From an uncultured Candidatus Saccharibacteria bacterium (lineage in GTDB: Bacteria; Patescibacteriota; Minisyncoccia; Phycocordibacterales; CAIRYW01): DNA of 64,000 nt. The notes beneath the pieces were generated by a model. It made no database searches. It saw only the letters and a program-made list of their open reading frames with translations, and was not told the origin of the DNA. Positions 48,525 to 57,576 of this stretch are shown one piece after another. Location of the stretch: positions 64,105 to 128,104 of the forward strand of contig CAYLQP010000002.1 in NCBI GenBank assembly GCA_964386665.1. The letters run 5' to 3'. Numbering within the stretch: the stretch's first letter is position 1; every line of letters starts with the position of its first letter. A program made the position numbers and the translations under genes.

Positions 48525-49673
48525 TCAGAATAATTTAATCAATTCATCAATTGTCCTCTCAATAGAAAAGAGTTTAGCTCTTTCTGTTGCCGTTTTCTTT
48601 ATATTTTCTGTGGACTCAATTTCCATAACCTTTTCAAGAGAGTCAATCATCTGAGTCTGATTATTAACCTCAAATAATAACCCTGAGATACCGTCTTCAA
48701 CTAATTCGGGCAAACTTCCAATTTTTGAAACAATTACAAACGCCCCTGAATACATCGCCTCGATAGTTTGAAATGAGAAGCTTTCAAAGCTTGTATTTAG
48801 TAAAAATACATCAGCAGAAACAAGATAATCAAACATTACATCACGAGGAACTTGGCCAACAATCATTACGTGTTCATTTAAATTTAAATCACTAATTAAT
48901 TTCTCTAACTTTAATTTTTCTGGACCATCCCCCAATATAAACAATGTAATATTCTTTCTTTTGGGAATTATTTTATATAGGGCTTCTATGATTTCTTTGA
49001 ATCCTTTCCATTGGACAAGCCGGCCGGAAGAAACAATAACGAAACTATCTTCTTTGATGTGTAAAGAAACTCTTGCATTTGTTTTTGTTTTTAATGATGG
49101 AAAATCTATACCATTATAAATAGTTTTTATATTTATTTTTTTGTTCGTCCACTTTGATACCACCTGAGTAAAATAATTACTTGGAGTAATTACAAATTCA
49201 GCAGATTCAGTTGTAAATACCTGGATCCATCTTAAAAATGTAACTCCTATGTTATATTTTTTTGTTTGAAATAGATCAATCGAATCTTTTACTCCGAACC
49301 TTTGTACTGATTGTTCCCACACATAATCACCTGGAACTCTTAAAAAAAACCTCTTTCTCATTAATTTTGAAACAATAGCGGCAGGAAAACCAACAGATAC
49401 AGTATCTTGAGCAAATATAATATCCGCTCCAATACTTTTCTTAAAAAGAAAACAGATATATACAAAATGTCGCAAAATTTTTGGTAATTTTCTTACTAAA
49501 GAAAAAGGACATACATCAACAAGGATATTCTTTTTTGGTAACTCATCAAATAATAACTTAGAGTAAGTTGCTGGTCCGCCAATTTCAGGTGGATAAATAC
49601 CAGTTGCCACCACAATTTTCTTCACTTTCACACTCTTATTTATCAATGTTTTTTTCATAATGCTTTGTTCCAA
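48525..49673 (-). CDS. GT4 glycosyltransferase
   Basis: VVATGIYPPEIGGPATY N-terminal GT4 motif. C-terminal EAMYSGAFVIVSKIGSLPELVEDG. Confidence 0.75.
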   Translation of the reverse strand: MEQSIMKKTLINKSVKVKKIVVATGIYPPEIGGPATYSKLLFDELPKKNILVDVCPFSLVRKLPKILRHFVYICFLFKKSIGADIIFAQDTVSVGFPAAIVSKLMRKRFFLRVPGDYVWEQSVQRFGVKDSIDLFQTKKYNIGVTFLRWIQVFTTESAEFVITPSNYFTQVVSKWTNKKINIKTIYNGIDFPSLKTKTNARVSLHIKEDSFVIVSSGRLVQWKGFKEIIEALYKIIPKRKNITLFILGDGPEKLKLEKLISDLNLNEHVMIVGQVPRDVMFDYLVSADVFLLNTSFESFSFQTIEAMYSGAFVIVSKIGSLPELVEDGISGLLFEVNNQTQMIDSLEKVMEIESTENIKKTATERAKLFSIERTIDELIKLF

Positions 49674-50737
49674 CTATGTACTAATATTTTGAAGTATTCT
49701 TCTTTGGTTAAAAGTGTATGTAAGCTCCTTTCTAATTCTTCTTGTCTAAAAGGAAATTTTAATGTCTTTTCAAGAGTTTTAGCGAAATCAGGTATAGAAA
49801 AACCTGGAGACACAAACCCATTAACCCCGTCTTGTATAAATTCATATGCACATCCAACAGGAGTCATACACACGGGGGTACCTGACATCACACTTTCAAC
49901 TGCTGTCATTGCATATCCTTCATAATCACTTGAAATAACAAAAGCAGATGCCTGAGACATAACCTCAAAAGGATTATTTTGAAAAGGAAAGATAGCAATT
50001 CTTTCTTTGTAAGCACTCTTAGAAATACGCTTTGTTATCTGTGTCTTCAAACTCCCTTCCCCAAAAATCTCAAGACGCAACTCAGGTAATCGAGATGCAA
50101 GAATCTCAAAACTTGCAATAAGACGTTCGAAGTTTTTTACCTTTTCAAAACGTCCAACAAACACAATTTTGTTTTGTTTTTTTGAGATTAACATCTCTTC
50201 TGACCTTGCCACAAAAACAGGTGCAACAAAAACAAGTTCTTCGTTGATGCGCAACACAGAGACCAGAAACTCTTTTATATGTTTTGATACTACTCGAATA
50301 CTTTTTGCTTTCTTTAAAACAAAAGGAGCAATGATTGACTGCACTCTTTGTCGAAACGATTCTTGTTTGAAAAAAGAAGAGAAAAACTCTGTATGCACTT
50401 GTATATGTAATCTTAATCCGAAAATCCAAGATAGTGTCAAACAAATCAAACCGATTTCGAAGGGATCTTGACTACTTAACACAATCTCTTTTCTTGATTT
50501 ACTTTGACATTCAATTTTGATTACCCTACACAAAGCTATTATTTGTGAAAATTTATTTTTACCAAAAACAGGAACAACACGAAAATTTTTTTGCTCTATT
50601 TGTTCTTTTTTTGTATATGAAAAGACAAACACTGTATATGTTGAGACTAAGGAAGCGTATTCAGAAATACGCTTAAACGCCCTTGAAGATGGATCAAGTA
50701 AATGTCTATCAGAACCAATTGAAAATATATGTAACAT
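49655..50737 (-). CDS. GT4 glycosyltransferase
   Basis: C-terminal ESVMSGTPVCMTPVGCAYEFIQDGVNGF (E-x7-E region of GT4). Confidence 0.7.
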   Translation of the reverse strand: MLHIFSIGSDRHLLDPSSRAFKRISEYASLVSTYTVFVFSYTKKEQIEQKNFRVVPVFGKNKFSQIIALCRVIKIECQSKSRKEIVLSSQDPFEIGLICLTLSWIFGLRLHIQVHTEFFSSFFKQESFRQRVQSIIAPFVLKKAKSIRVVSKHIKEFLVSVLRINEELVFVAPVFVARSEEMLISKKQNKIVFVGRFEKVKNFERLIASFEILASRLPELRLEIFGEGSLKTQITKRISKSAYKERIAIFPFQNNPFEVMSQASAFVISSDYEGYAMTAVESVMSGTPVCMTPVGCAYEFIQDGVNGFVSPGFSIPDFAKTLEKTLKFPFRQEELERSLHTLLTKEEYFKILVHSWNKAL

Positions 50738-50833
50738 TGTATATCAGCTTATCCAGGCATTTTTAACAACACCATTATAACACAAAAATAATTAATTGAC
50801 TGATTGAAAAAATTGTGCTATTTTCGTATCAGT

Positions 50834-51016
50834 ATGAACAACTCACGAATATATATCATTGGTGGACTCATCGGCTTTTTGGTAGGAATGTGGCTGCTCT
50901 TGGGTCCAATGAGGAGACATGCGAATGATCTCCCGATTGCTGTTTTGATGACACCTGTAGCAATCGTCATTCTTCCAATTTTGGGAGCTTTGTTCCTTGG
51001 TTGGTGCAAGAAATAG
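50834..51016 (+). CDS. small two-TM membrane protein (60 aa), leaderless
   Basis: TTGACT, 17 nt, TATTTT, then 9 nt to ATG. MNNSRIYIIGGLIGFLVGMWLLLGP...ILPILGALFLGWCKK. The ORF-track start at 50804 is TTG, so the CDS was trimmed to the ATG. Confidence 0.4.
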   Translation: MNNSRIYIIGGLIGFLVGMWLLLGPMRRHANDLPIAVLMTPVAIVILPILGALFLGWCKK

Positions 51017-51075
51017 CTCTAAAAAGCCAACCGCTAACCACACACCCGCAGGAAAATTATCTTGCGGTTTTTTTA

Positions 51076-51105
51076 TTGGTCAAAAATATATTTATGTGGT
51101 ATAGT
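51076..51105 (+). promoter_or_regulatory. sigma70-type promoter, leaderless
   Basis: TTGGTC, 18-nt spacer, TATAGT, then 7 nt to the ATG at 51113. Confidence 0.45.
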
Positions 51106-51112
51106 ATGTATT

Positions 51113-51265
51113 ATGAAACTCGCTCTTTTTTACCTAGTGGTAGCGGTAGTGTTAATCACTACCGTAACCGTGTCAATCATGACACGGAGTCCAGTCCCAA
51201 CTCTCATTCTATTAGGTTCGGTCGCAAAAATACTCTGGCCGAAACAGACCCACCGCTTTCACTAA
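51113..51265 (+). CDS. small membrane protein (50 aa)
   Basis: MKLALFYLVVAVVLITTVTVSIMTRSPVPTLILLGSVAKILWPKQTHRFH*. A terminator hairpin (accgctt-tcact-aagcggt plus T7) overlaps the stop. Confidence 0.4.
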   Translation: MKLALFYLVVAVVLITTVTVSIMTRSPVPTLILLGSVAKILWPKQTHRFH

Positions 51266-51302
51266 GCGGTTTTTTTATTTCACAAAAACTAAAAGTAATT
51301 TA

Positions 51303-51330
51303 TTGACATTTTATAAAAAAATAGTATAGT
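51303..51330 (+). promoter_or_regulatory. consensus sigma70-type promoter, leaderless
   Basis: TTGACA, 16-nt spacer, TATAGT, then 9 nt to the ATG at 51340. Confidence 0.5.
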
Positions 51331-51339
51331 TTTAATCCT

Positions 51340-51612
51340 ATGACTACCGCGAAGTTCTTTTGTAAACTTGCAACCTCAGTGTGGCTAGGCATTTTGGGTT
51401 TACTCTTAGGAGCTCTTTTTCAGAGCACGAGTGATAACCCGAGTATGGCTTCGGCTGAAAATTTAGCCGGCATTAATCTAGGAACACTCTCCGGACTCAT
51501 CCTTGGCTGGTTTTTGGGCGGATTCCTCCGCAAAAAATACCTCCTCTGGCGACATCCATGCGGTGGAGGCCAAGAAGATGCAGAGACAGTTTGGCCTTGG
51601 TGGCCACAATAA
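51340..51612 (+). CDS. small two-TM membrane protein (90 aa); distant paralog of the 50834 gene
   Basis: Two hydrophobic helices. Shares the L-G-x-L-x-L-G-W...KK tail pattern with the 50834 protein. Followed by the ccagtc-gttt-gactgg plus T-run terminator at 51614-51637. Confidence 0.45.
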   Translation: MTTAKFFCKLATSVWLGILGLLLGALFQSTSDNPSMASAENLAGINLGTLSGLILGWFLGGFLRKKYLLWRHPCGGGQEDAETVWPWWPQ

Positions 51613-51634
51613 CCCAGTCGTTTGACTGGTTTTT

Positions 51635-52945
51635 TTATACCTCTCTCTTTTGTACCAATACTTCTGAAATCTTCGTCACACCCCCTGCACCCATTGTGAT
51701 AACCAGATCCCCTTTTTGAGCTCGTTGTGTTACATAATCAACTGCGCTTTGTGGTGAGTCCTCATAGACTGCTTTTGTGTTTGTTATTCCCTCCACCAAC
51801 ATCTGCGAAGAAATAGAAGGGTCGAACGCTTCTCGTGCGGGGTAAATTGGAAGGATTACCACCTCAGTTGCATCCTTGAAACTCTCTACAAAATCAGTGA
51901 ACAAAAGTTTCGTTCGACTAAATAAATGTGGTTCAAAAATCACAAACACCTTTCCTTCATTACAAAGTTCTCTCGCACCTTGAAGGGTTGCTTTGATTTC
52001 TGTTGGGTGATGCGCATAATCGTCATACACCTTTGCTCCCTCTGGAGTTTCTCCTTTATATTCAAACCGTCGCCAAGTACCCGTGAATTCAGTTAGAGCC
52101 TTAAAGGAAATGTCTTCTTCTACTTCAAGTAATTTGGAAACACCAAGACACAGAGATGCGTTTGATCTATTATGAAGTCCTTTTACTTGAAGCTGAGGTA
52201 CCAGAGAAAGAAACTCTGATGCATCAATAATTGTCGCTTCTACTCCAACGAGCGTTTTTTCTACCTTTTCATCTTGCTTGAAGCAAATGATGAAACCATC
52301 TTTTGGAACTTTTTTTAAGAATTGATTGAAGCTTTCGATAATCGCATCGATACTCCCATAAAAATCGAGATGATCATTATCAATATTTGTTACAATGGCA
52401 ATAAATGGATGAAGCTCCAAAAACGATTTCTCATATTCACAGGCTTCAACTACAAACAGATCACTTTTGCCTTCTATGTAATTACTCTTGTATTTAGAAA
52501 GAAGCGAACCAACTACAACAGTTGGATCTTTTTTTGCATTAAGCAAGACCTCTGCAATCATTGCAGTTGTGGTGGTTTTGCCGTGAGTTCCTGCAATTGC
52601 GATTGTTTTCTTTTGTTTTGAAATAAGTCCTAACACTTCTGGATATGACAAAACGTTTGTGAACCTTGCTTTCACCTCAGTTAAAAACTCTTTTGCAAAA
52701 TCCCTAATAGCTACAGTGTATACCACCAAGTCTGTATCAGGAGCTATGTCTTCTATGTTTTGACCAATTACAATATGAACGCCGATTTTACGAAGTTCTT
52801 CTGTGATGAGAGATTCACCTGTATCTGAGCCAGAGACCTGAGCGCCTGAAGCCTTAAACATCCGGGCAAGAGCAGAAACACCAATTCCCCCAATACCTAA
52901 GAGATATACCTTTTTTATGTCATTTACATTTAAACTCATATCCAT
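51635..52945 (-). CDS. murC: UDP-N-acetylmuramate--L-alanine ligase MurC
   Basis: N-terminal Rossmann LLGIGGIGVSALA. Mur ligase P-loop IAIAGTHGKTTTTAMI. Confidence 0.9.
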   Translation of the reverse strand: MDMSLNVNDIKKVYLLGIGGIGVSALARMFKASGAQVSGSDTGESLITEELRKIGVHIVIGQNIEDIAPDTDLVVYTVAIRDFAKEFLTEVKARFTNVLSYPEVLGLISKQKKTIAIAGTHGKTTTTAMIAEVLLNAKKDPTVVVGSLLSKYKSNYIEGKSDLFVVEACEYEKSFLELHPFIAIVTNIDNDHLDFYGSIDAIIESFNQFLKKVPKDGFIICFKQDEKVEKTLVGVEATIIDASEFLSLVPQLQVKGLHNRSNASLCLGVSKLLEVEEDISFKALTEFTGTWRRFEYKGETPEGAKVYDDYAHHPTEIKATLQGARELCNEGKVFVIFEPHLFSRTKLLFTDFVESFKDATEVVILPIYPAREAFDPSISSQMLVEGITNTKAVYEDSPQSAVDYVTQRAQKGDLVITMGAGGVTKISEVLVQKREV

Positions 52946-53029
52946 ATAATATCACCAAAATACCCTCTATTTCATTGACATTATAATAATAATCTGATAT
53001 TTTCAAGTTCGGCAATAAAGCCCTTTCAT

Positions 53030-53302
53030 ATGATCAAAGCAACCGTGTACATAAAACTCTCAGACGAAAGCACACTGAATAAGGAGGTATTCTTCGGATT
53101 CGTACAGATCGGAAATCGTTTTCTTCCAGCTGGACTCAACGAGAGTGAGCATGGCGACCTCCTGATCACCAAAATACAACACGATGAGCAAGTGCTTAAG
53201 AGCAAAGATGATTGTTGTGGAGTCTTCGTGTGGGTAGATGGAAAACACCTTGATGTTGACTCTGCTTTGCCAGCTCTTACAACAGCTGGTTGGCAAAATT
53301 AA
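53030..53302 (+). CDS. hypothetical small protein (90 aa), locally GC-richer than its neighbours
   Basis: Intact ORF convergent with the GNAT gene. No recognisable motif. Confidence 0.3.
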   Translation: MIKATVYIKLSDESTLNKEVFFGFVQIGNRFLPAGLNESEHGDLLITKIQHDEQVLKSKDDCCGVFVWVDGKHLDVDSALPALTTAGWQN

Positions 53303-53337
53303 CTACGTTCAGTATCTAATCCTAGGTACTGTTTTTT

Positions 53338-53862
53338 TTATTTTTTCTCAAACACCAGCAATGCTTCGATAATATAGTTTCCACTCTTCATTTTAAAAAA
53401 ATCCTCTTTTATCCTTTTCCCTGTATCAACAAAACCGTATTTCTTATAAAAATTAATTGCCTTTTTATTGTACTCAGCAACAAAAACAGTTATCTGTTTT
53501 TCTCTTGTAAACCAACTAAACACTTTGCTTAAAAATAACGAACCAATTCCTTGTCTTTGAAATTTGGAATCTATATACAAAGCAGTTACGGTATTCTCTC
53601 TTTTTTTCTTTGTGGCAACACAAAATCCAACAACAAGACCCTTAGACTTTGCAACCAAAATTAATTCATCTTGTTTTTTGTTTGTTATATTTTTTTGCCA
53701 ATTACTCACCTTTTTATCCATATCAGAAAAACGAAATTTTATATCATCTTTGGTGATGCCTACTTTTTTGTTCGGATACGTTTTCATCCATACTTCTTTT
53801 TGTAAGAAAGCAAGTTCTTTTGCATCTTTTGGTTTTGCATTAACAATTTTGATATCTTTCAT
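53338..53862 (-). CDS. GNAT-family N-acetyltransferase
   Basis: Acetyl-CoA motif A RQGIGSLFLSKVFSWF, then the AINFYKKYGF tail. Confidence 0.75.
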   Translation of the reverse strand: MKDIKIVNAKPKDAKELAFLQKEVWMKTYPNKKVGITKDDIKFRFSDMDKKVSNWQKNITNKKQDELILVAKSKGLVVGFCVATKKKRENTVTALYIDSKFQRQGIGSLFLSKVFSWFTREKQITVFVAEYNKKAINFYKKYGFVDTGKRIKEDFFKMKSGNYIIEALLVFEKK

Positions 53863-53876
53863 ATATTTATATTATC

Positions 53877-53926
53877 CACTATCTTCAAAAACAAATCATT
53901 CCTCTCATATTTATTGTTAAACACTC
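53877..53926. repeat. direct-repeat copy (46/50 identical) of the murD 3' end (partner at 54935-54984)
   Basis: A 33-nt exact match cactatcttcaaaaacaaatcattcctctcata plus similar flanks. The minus-strand reading YERNDLFLKIVDNINI* mirrors the murD C-terminus YERNDLFLKIVNNL*. Confidence 0.65.
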
Positions 53927-53960
53927 TAACAAATAAAGAAGGTCTGGATTCCCCTAAAAA

Positions 53961-54863
53961 TTAATTTTGTTTTGCAACATAATTACCTTCTATTAAGTCA
54001 AGAATTCCCTGCCTCTCTCTAAACCTAGTCTCTCTAACATAAATATTATTTTTGATTGCATCTGCATATCTTTTTTCAGCATCGCCCATTAATTTAAGCC
54101 GGTCTTCTACAATAATAGGAGTAATTATTGGAACACCTTTATCAGAAATTTTGGTATTCACAATTTCCATTACTCCCTTTAATGCAAGATTATCACCCTC
54201 AGTAACATCAGATTCTGTTTCTTTTAGAATACTTCTTATGTTTTCTATTTCATCGGGAGAAAAAGTAAGATCATCTCCTACATACTCCTTATAAAAAGTC
54301 CCAACAAACATCAACCAAGACCTAAGCATATGATAAGAATTGGTGATTATTTTTATCTCTTTTAAATCTCCAACTTCTGCATGATTTTCTCTTACCCAAT
54401 TTAATATAGACTGAGCATTACCTAAGGTAGATTTTCCTGACGATAAATCAGACACCGCACTTTCATCGAAACCAAAATTTGATAAAAGTTTATCTTTCGC
54501 TGCTGTTGCCCTAGAAATAGATCTAGGGGCATCTGGATTAGATCTGATATACTCCATACCTCCGGTTGTAAGAAAATGAACCGGCCTTGATTGATTCCTA
54601 AGAGATTCAAGTTCTTTTTGTGCAACGAGCATTCTAGAATCTCCACCTGACACCTCAAAATTATCAAGCAGATCAGACCTACCACTTACGTCTACATTTT
54701 TAAAACCCATATCTTTTTTTTCAGTATCACTAACCAGAGGAAATCTAGGTACAATTTCTTCACCTCTATATTGCATTACTCCACCAAGTATTACTACAAT
54801 GTCTTTTTTTTGAGATTCTGACTCATAATCATCAAACGAGTTCTCTTTCTTTTCGTATGGCAT
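53961..54863 (-). CDS. DUF218 (YdcF/ElyC/SanA-like) domain protein
   Basis: VVILGGVMQY and ITNSYHMLRSWLMF match the DUF218 GG and H.xR signature regions. Confidence 0.55.
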   Translation of the reverse strand: MPYEKKENSFDDYESESQKKDIVVILGGVMQYRGEEIVPRFPLVSDTEKKDMGFKNVDVSGRSDLLDNFEVSGGDSRMLVAQKELESLRNQSRPVHFLTTGGMEYIRSNPDAPRSISRATAAKDKLLSNFGFDESAVSDLSSGKSTLGNAQSILNWVRENHAEVGDLKEIKIITNSYHMLRSWLMFVGTFYKEYVGDDLTFSPDEIENIRSILKETESDVTEGDNLALKGVMEIVNTKISDKGVPIITPIIVEDRLKLMGDAEKRYADAIKNNIYVRETRFRERQGILDLIEGNYVAKQN

Positions 54864-54922
54864 AGCATTATTATAACAAATTAATTTTATATTACATTTT
54901 TCGAAACCTTATATATCATGCC

Positions 54923-56239
54923 CTATAGATTATTCACTATCTTCAAAAACAAATCATTCCTCTCATACTCATTATTAAACATTCCAAATGATGCAAACAT
55001 TGGACTAAAGAGCAGATTGTCTCCTGCCACACAACACTCCAACGCTTTCTTGATACCTTCTTCAAGAGAATCTACTTCTACAAATTCTTTAAGTAACGGT
55101 TTAAGCTTTTCACTTCCAGTCCCTTTTAGAAGGATGACTTTTTTACAAGTTTCATTCATTTGCATTGCAACTTCTTCAAGTGATACGTTTTTGTCTGCCC
55201 CACCACACAGAAGCACTGTATGTTTTCCCCCTGATTCTTGAAGTGATACGAGCGCAGCGGATGTTGCCTGCGGAGTTGTTGCGTTGTTATCATTCCAAAT
55301 TTTGACTCCACCGACTTCTTTCACAAACTGAAGTCGTCCTTCTACCCCATTGAAGCTTTCTACCCCTTCTTTGATTTTTTCTTCACTTATGTGAAGCACT
55401 CGACACGCTTCAATTGCACAAGAAATATTGAGCAGATTATGAACGCCTATTATTTTGGGTTTCCAATCTTTCGGAACATTTGAAACACAGGCTTTTAGCC
55501 TTTTGCTTTTAGTATCGAGCTTTGGCTCATCGAGTCCTTCACCAAAAACAAGAAAATCATTTTCATTTTGGAACTTAAAAATATTTGCCTTATCTTCAAA
55601 ATACTTCTCCATATCTCCTTCATAATAGTTCATATGATCAGACATAAAGGTTGTAAACACTGCGATATGTGGTGAAATCTTACTTTCTCCGAACCCCTGC
55701 AACTGCCAAGAATCTAATTCTAAAACGAGCATATCCCCACTTTTAATTTCTTGAACTATGGGCAAAGTTGCCATATCACGCACATTACCACCTACAAATA
55801 CTGTTTTTCCTGCTTGCCGCAATATATGTGCAATGAGATGCGTTGTTGTTGATTTCCCCCTTGTGCCTGTTATTCCGATAGTAACAACTCCTTCTGGTAA
55901 CAGTTTTACACAAAGAGACGAATCCATTTCAATTGGAATTCCTTTTTCTTTTGCGTAAGCAATGAATGGAGAATCAAGCGGTACTCCCGCTCCCTTTAAG
56001 ATAAAATCTCTGCCTTCAAAATCTTCCAATCGATGTTCTCCAAGCCTGAGCATTAACGTATTAAAACCCTTTAATTTTTCTACTGATGACGCCAAATCCT
56101 CGGCGCGTTTTTTGTCAGTAACAATCAAATTATCTACCCCTTTTTGAAGCATAAATAATGCATCATAAAGCCCCCGACCCAAAAGTCCGAGTCCGAGTTG
56201 TGTTACTTTTTTGTTTTCGAAAAATTCTTTATAATTCAT
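54923..56239 (-). CDS. murD: UDP-N-acetylmuramoyl-L-alanine--D-glutamate ligase MurD
   Basis: Mur ligase P-loop ITGTRGKSTTTHLIAHIL. MurD-like N-terminal Rossmann QLGLGLLGRG. Confidence 0.9.
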   Translation of the reverse strand: MNYKEFFENKKVTQLGLGLLGRGLYDALFMLQKGVDNLIVTDKKRAEDLASSVEKLKGFNTLMLRLGEHRLEDFEGRDFILKGAGVPLDSPFIAYAKEKGIPIEMDSSLCVKLLPEGVVTIGITGTRGKSTTTHLIAHILRQAGKTVFVGGNVRDMATLPIVQEIKSGDMLVLELDSWQLQGFGESKISPHIAVFTTFMSDHMNYYEGDMEKYFEDKANIFKFQNENDFLVFGEGLDEPKLDTKSKRLKACVSNVPKDWKPKIIGVHNLLNISCAIEACRVLHISEEKIKEGVESFNGVEGRLQFVKEVGGVKIWNDNNATTPQATSAALVSLQESGGKHTVLLCGGADKNVSLEEVAMQMNETCKKVILLKGTGSEKLKPLLKEFVEVDSLEEGIKKALECCVAGDNLLFSPMFASFGMFNNEYERNDLFLKIVNNL

Positions 56240-56248
56240 AATTTGATA

Positions 56249-57436
56249 TTACATATTCTCAAAAATATTTTTCATCTCCTTTACAATGATCTCCCAATCG
56301 TACTTTTCTTTAACCATCTCAAACCCATTGCGTTTTATCTTTGAATAAAGTTCTGTATCTTTCACAAGACGCATTACCCCCTCTGCAATGCTTTCTGGGT
56401 TTCGAACCTCTACAAATACCCCTGTTTCTCCATCACGGATAAAATCAACAATACCACCCACTTCTGTTGCAACACAAGGAAGCCCTGCCGCCATCGCTTC
56501 CACATATGAGTTACCAAACCCTTCTGAAATAGGGGTACGAATAAACATATCTGATGCTCTAAATAAAGCCGGCATTTCATTGTGTGATACGTGCCCAAGC
56601 CACACAATCCTCTGTTCTACCCCAAGAACTCTTGCCTGCATCTTTAAAGACTCTTCCATATATCCACGGCCTGCAATTACAAACTTCATATTATCTGGCA
56701 AAAACTTCAAAGCTGAGATTACATCTTCAACTGCATTTTTTGATACAAGTCGCGAAGTAGTAATAAGGACAATATCCCCATCTTTTTTTTGTAATTTTTC
56801 TTTTGCTTTCGAAAGCTCATCTTCAGAAACCTCTCTTGTAAACTTCTTTATATCTACCGCATTTGGAACAACAAACACAGGTCCCTTTGCTCCCATATCG
56901 CGACCAAAATCAGCAAGATATTTTGAAATAGTTTGGATACAGTCGGCTTTAGTAAAAATAAGTTTAAATAAAGGCCAGACAGGAAGTGCTCGTTTCTTGA
57001 TATATGGAATCGGATCTCCTTCTTGAAGAGTCAAAAGAAACTTAACTTGAGGAAAAATAATTTTTACAAAAAGAGCGGCGAACGAATTGTATGTTGCCAT
57101 CATACTCCACAAAACACTATAGTGATGTTTTCGAGATAATGAAACTGCTTTAAAAAAACCAGTCAAAGGCATCATATATTTATTTAAGTTCACCCAAAAT
57201 GGAATATGAGTTGGATCAATACGTTTTGATGAAGCCCAACCCACTCGATAGACAGTCACATTTCCAATCCTTTCAAAAGTAGGTACACATTTAGAAAGCC
57301 TCAGTGTTATGAGATCAAATTCAAACTCATCCCCTATCCGGTCTGTAATCTCTTTAATTGCCACCTCAGCTCCTCCAATAAATTCAGGGTAATACACGAG
57401 CGAAAATATAAGAATACGTTTCTTCATACTCCTCAT
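56249..57436 (-). CDS. GT4 glycosyltransferase
   Basis: LVYYPEFIGGAEV N-terminus. C-terminal EGFGNSYVEAMAAGLPCVATEVGG. Start trimmed from the TTG at 57463 to the ATG at 57436. Confidence 0.7.
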   Translation of the reverse strand: MRSMKKRILIFSLVYYPEFIGGAEVAIKEITDRIGDEFEFDLITLRLSKCVPTFERIGNVTVYRVGWASSKRIDPTHIPFWVNLNKYMMPLTGFFKAVSLSRKHHYSVLWSMMATYNSFAALFVKIIFPQVKFLLTLQEGDPIPYIKKRALPVWPLFKLIFTKADCIQTISKYLADFGRDMGAKGPVFVVPNAVDIKKFTREVSEDELSKAKEKLQKKDGDIVLITTSRLVSKNAVEDVISALKFLPDNMKFVIAGRGYMEESLKMQARVLGVEQRIVWLGHVSHNEMPALFRASDMFIRTPISEGFGNSYVEAMAAGLPCVATEVGGIVDFIRDGETGVFVEVRNPESIAEGVMRLVKDTELYSKIKRNGFEMVKEKYDWEIIVKEMKNIFENM

Positions 57437-57437
57437 A

Positions 57438-57575
57438 CTACTCCAAAATCTCCTCAATCTCAAATAACTGTGCTTCTTTGGCGACTTCAGTTAAACGCTC
57501 TTTTTCAGCAAGCAAAAGAAACCATGACGCCGTAGCACCGAGTATAATGAGCAAAATTGTAAGTCCTAAAAACAT
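57438..57575 (-). CDS. possible 45-aa single-TM micro-protein, translationally coupled on both sides
   Basis: MFLGLTILLIILGATASWFLLLAEKERLTEVAKEAQLFEIEEILE*. Stop/start junction TAGTATG with both the upstream and the downstream gene. Confidence 0.3.
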   Translation of the reverse strand: MFLGLTILLIILGATASWFLLLAEKERLTEVAKEAQLFEIEEILE

Positions 57576-57576
57576 A

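Noticed and set aside
53338-53862. GNAT gene as the toxin of a GNAT/RHH toxin-antitoxin pair
   Set aside because: No small RHH/DUF1778 antitoxin gene is upstream in the same operon. The neighbouring 90-aa ORF is convergent, not co-oriented.
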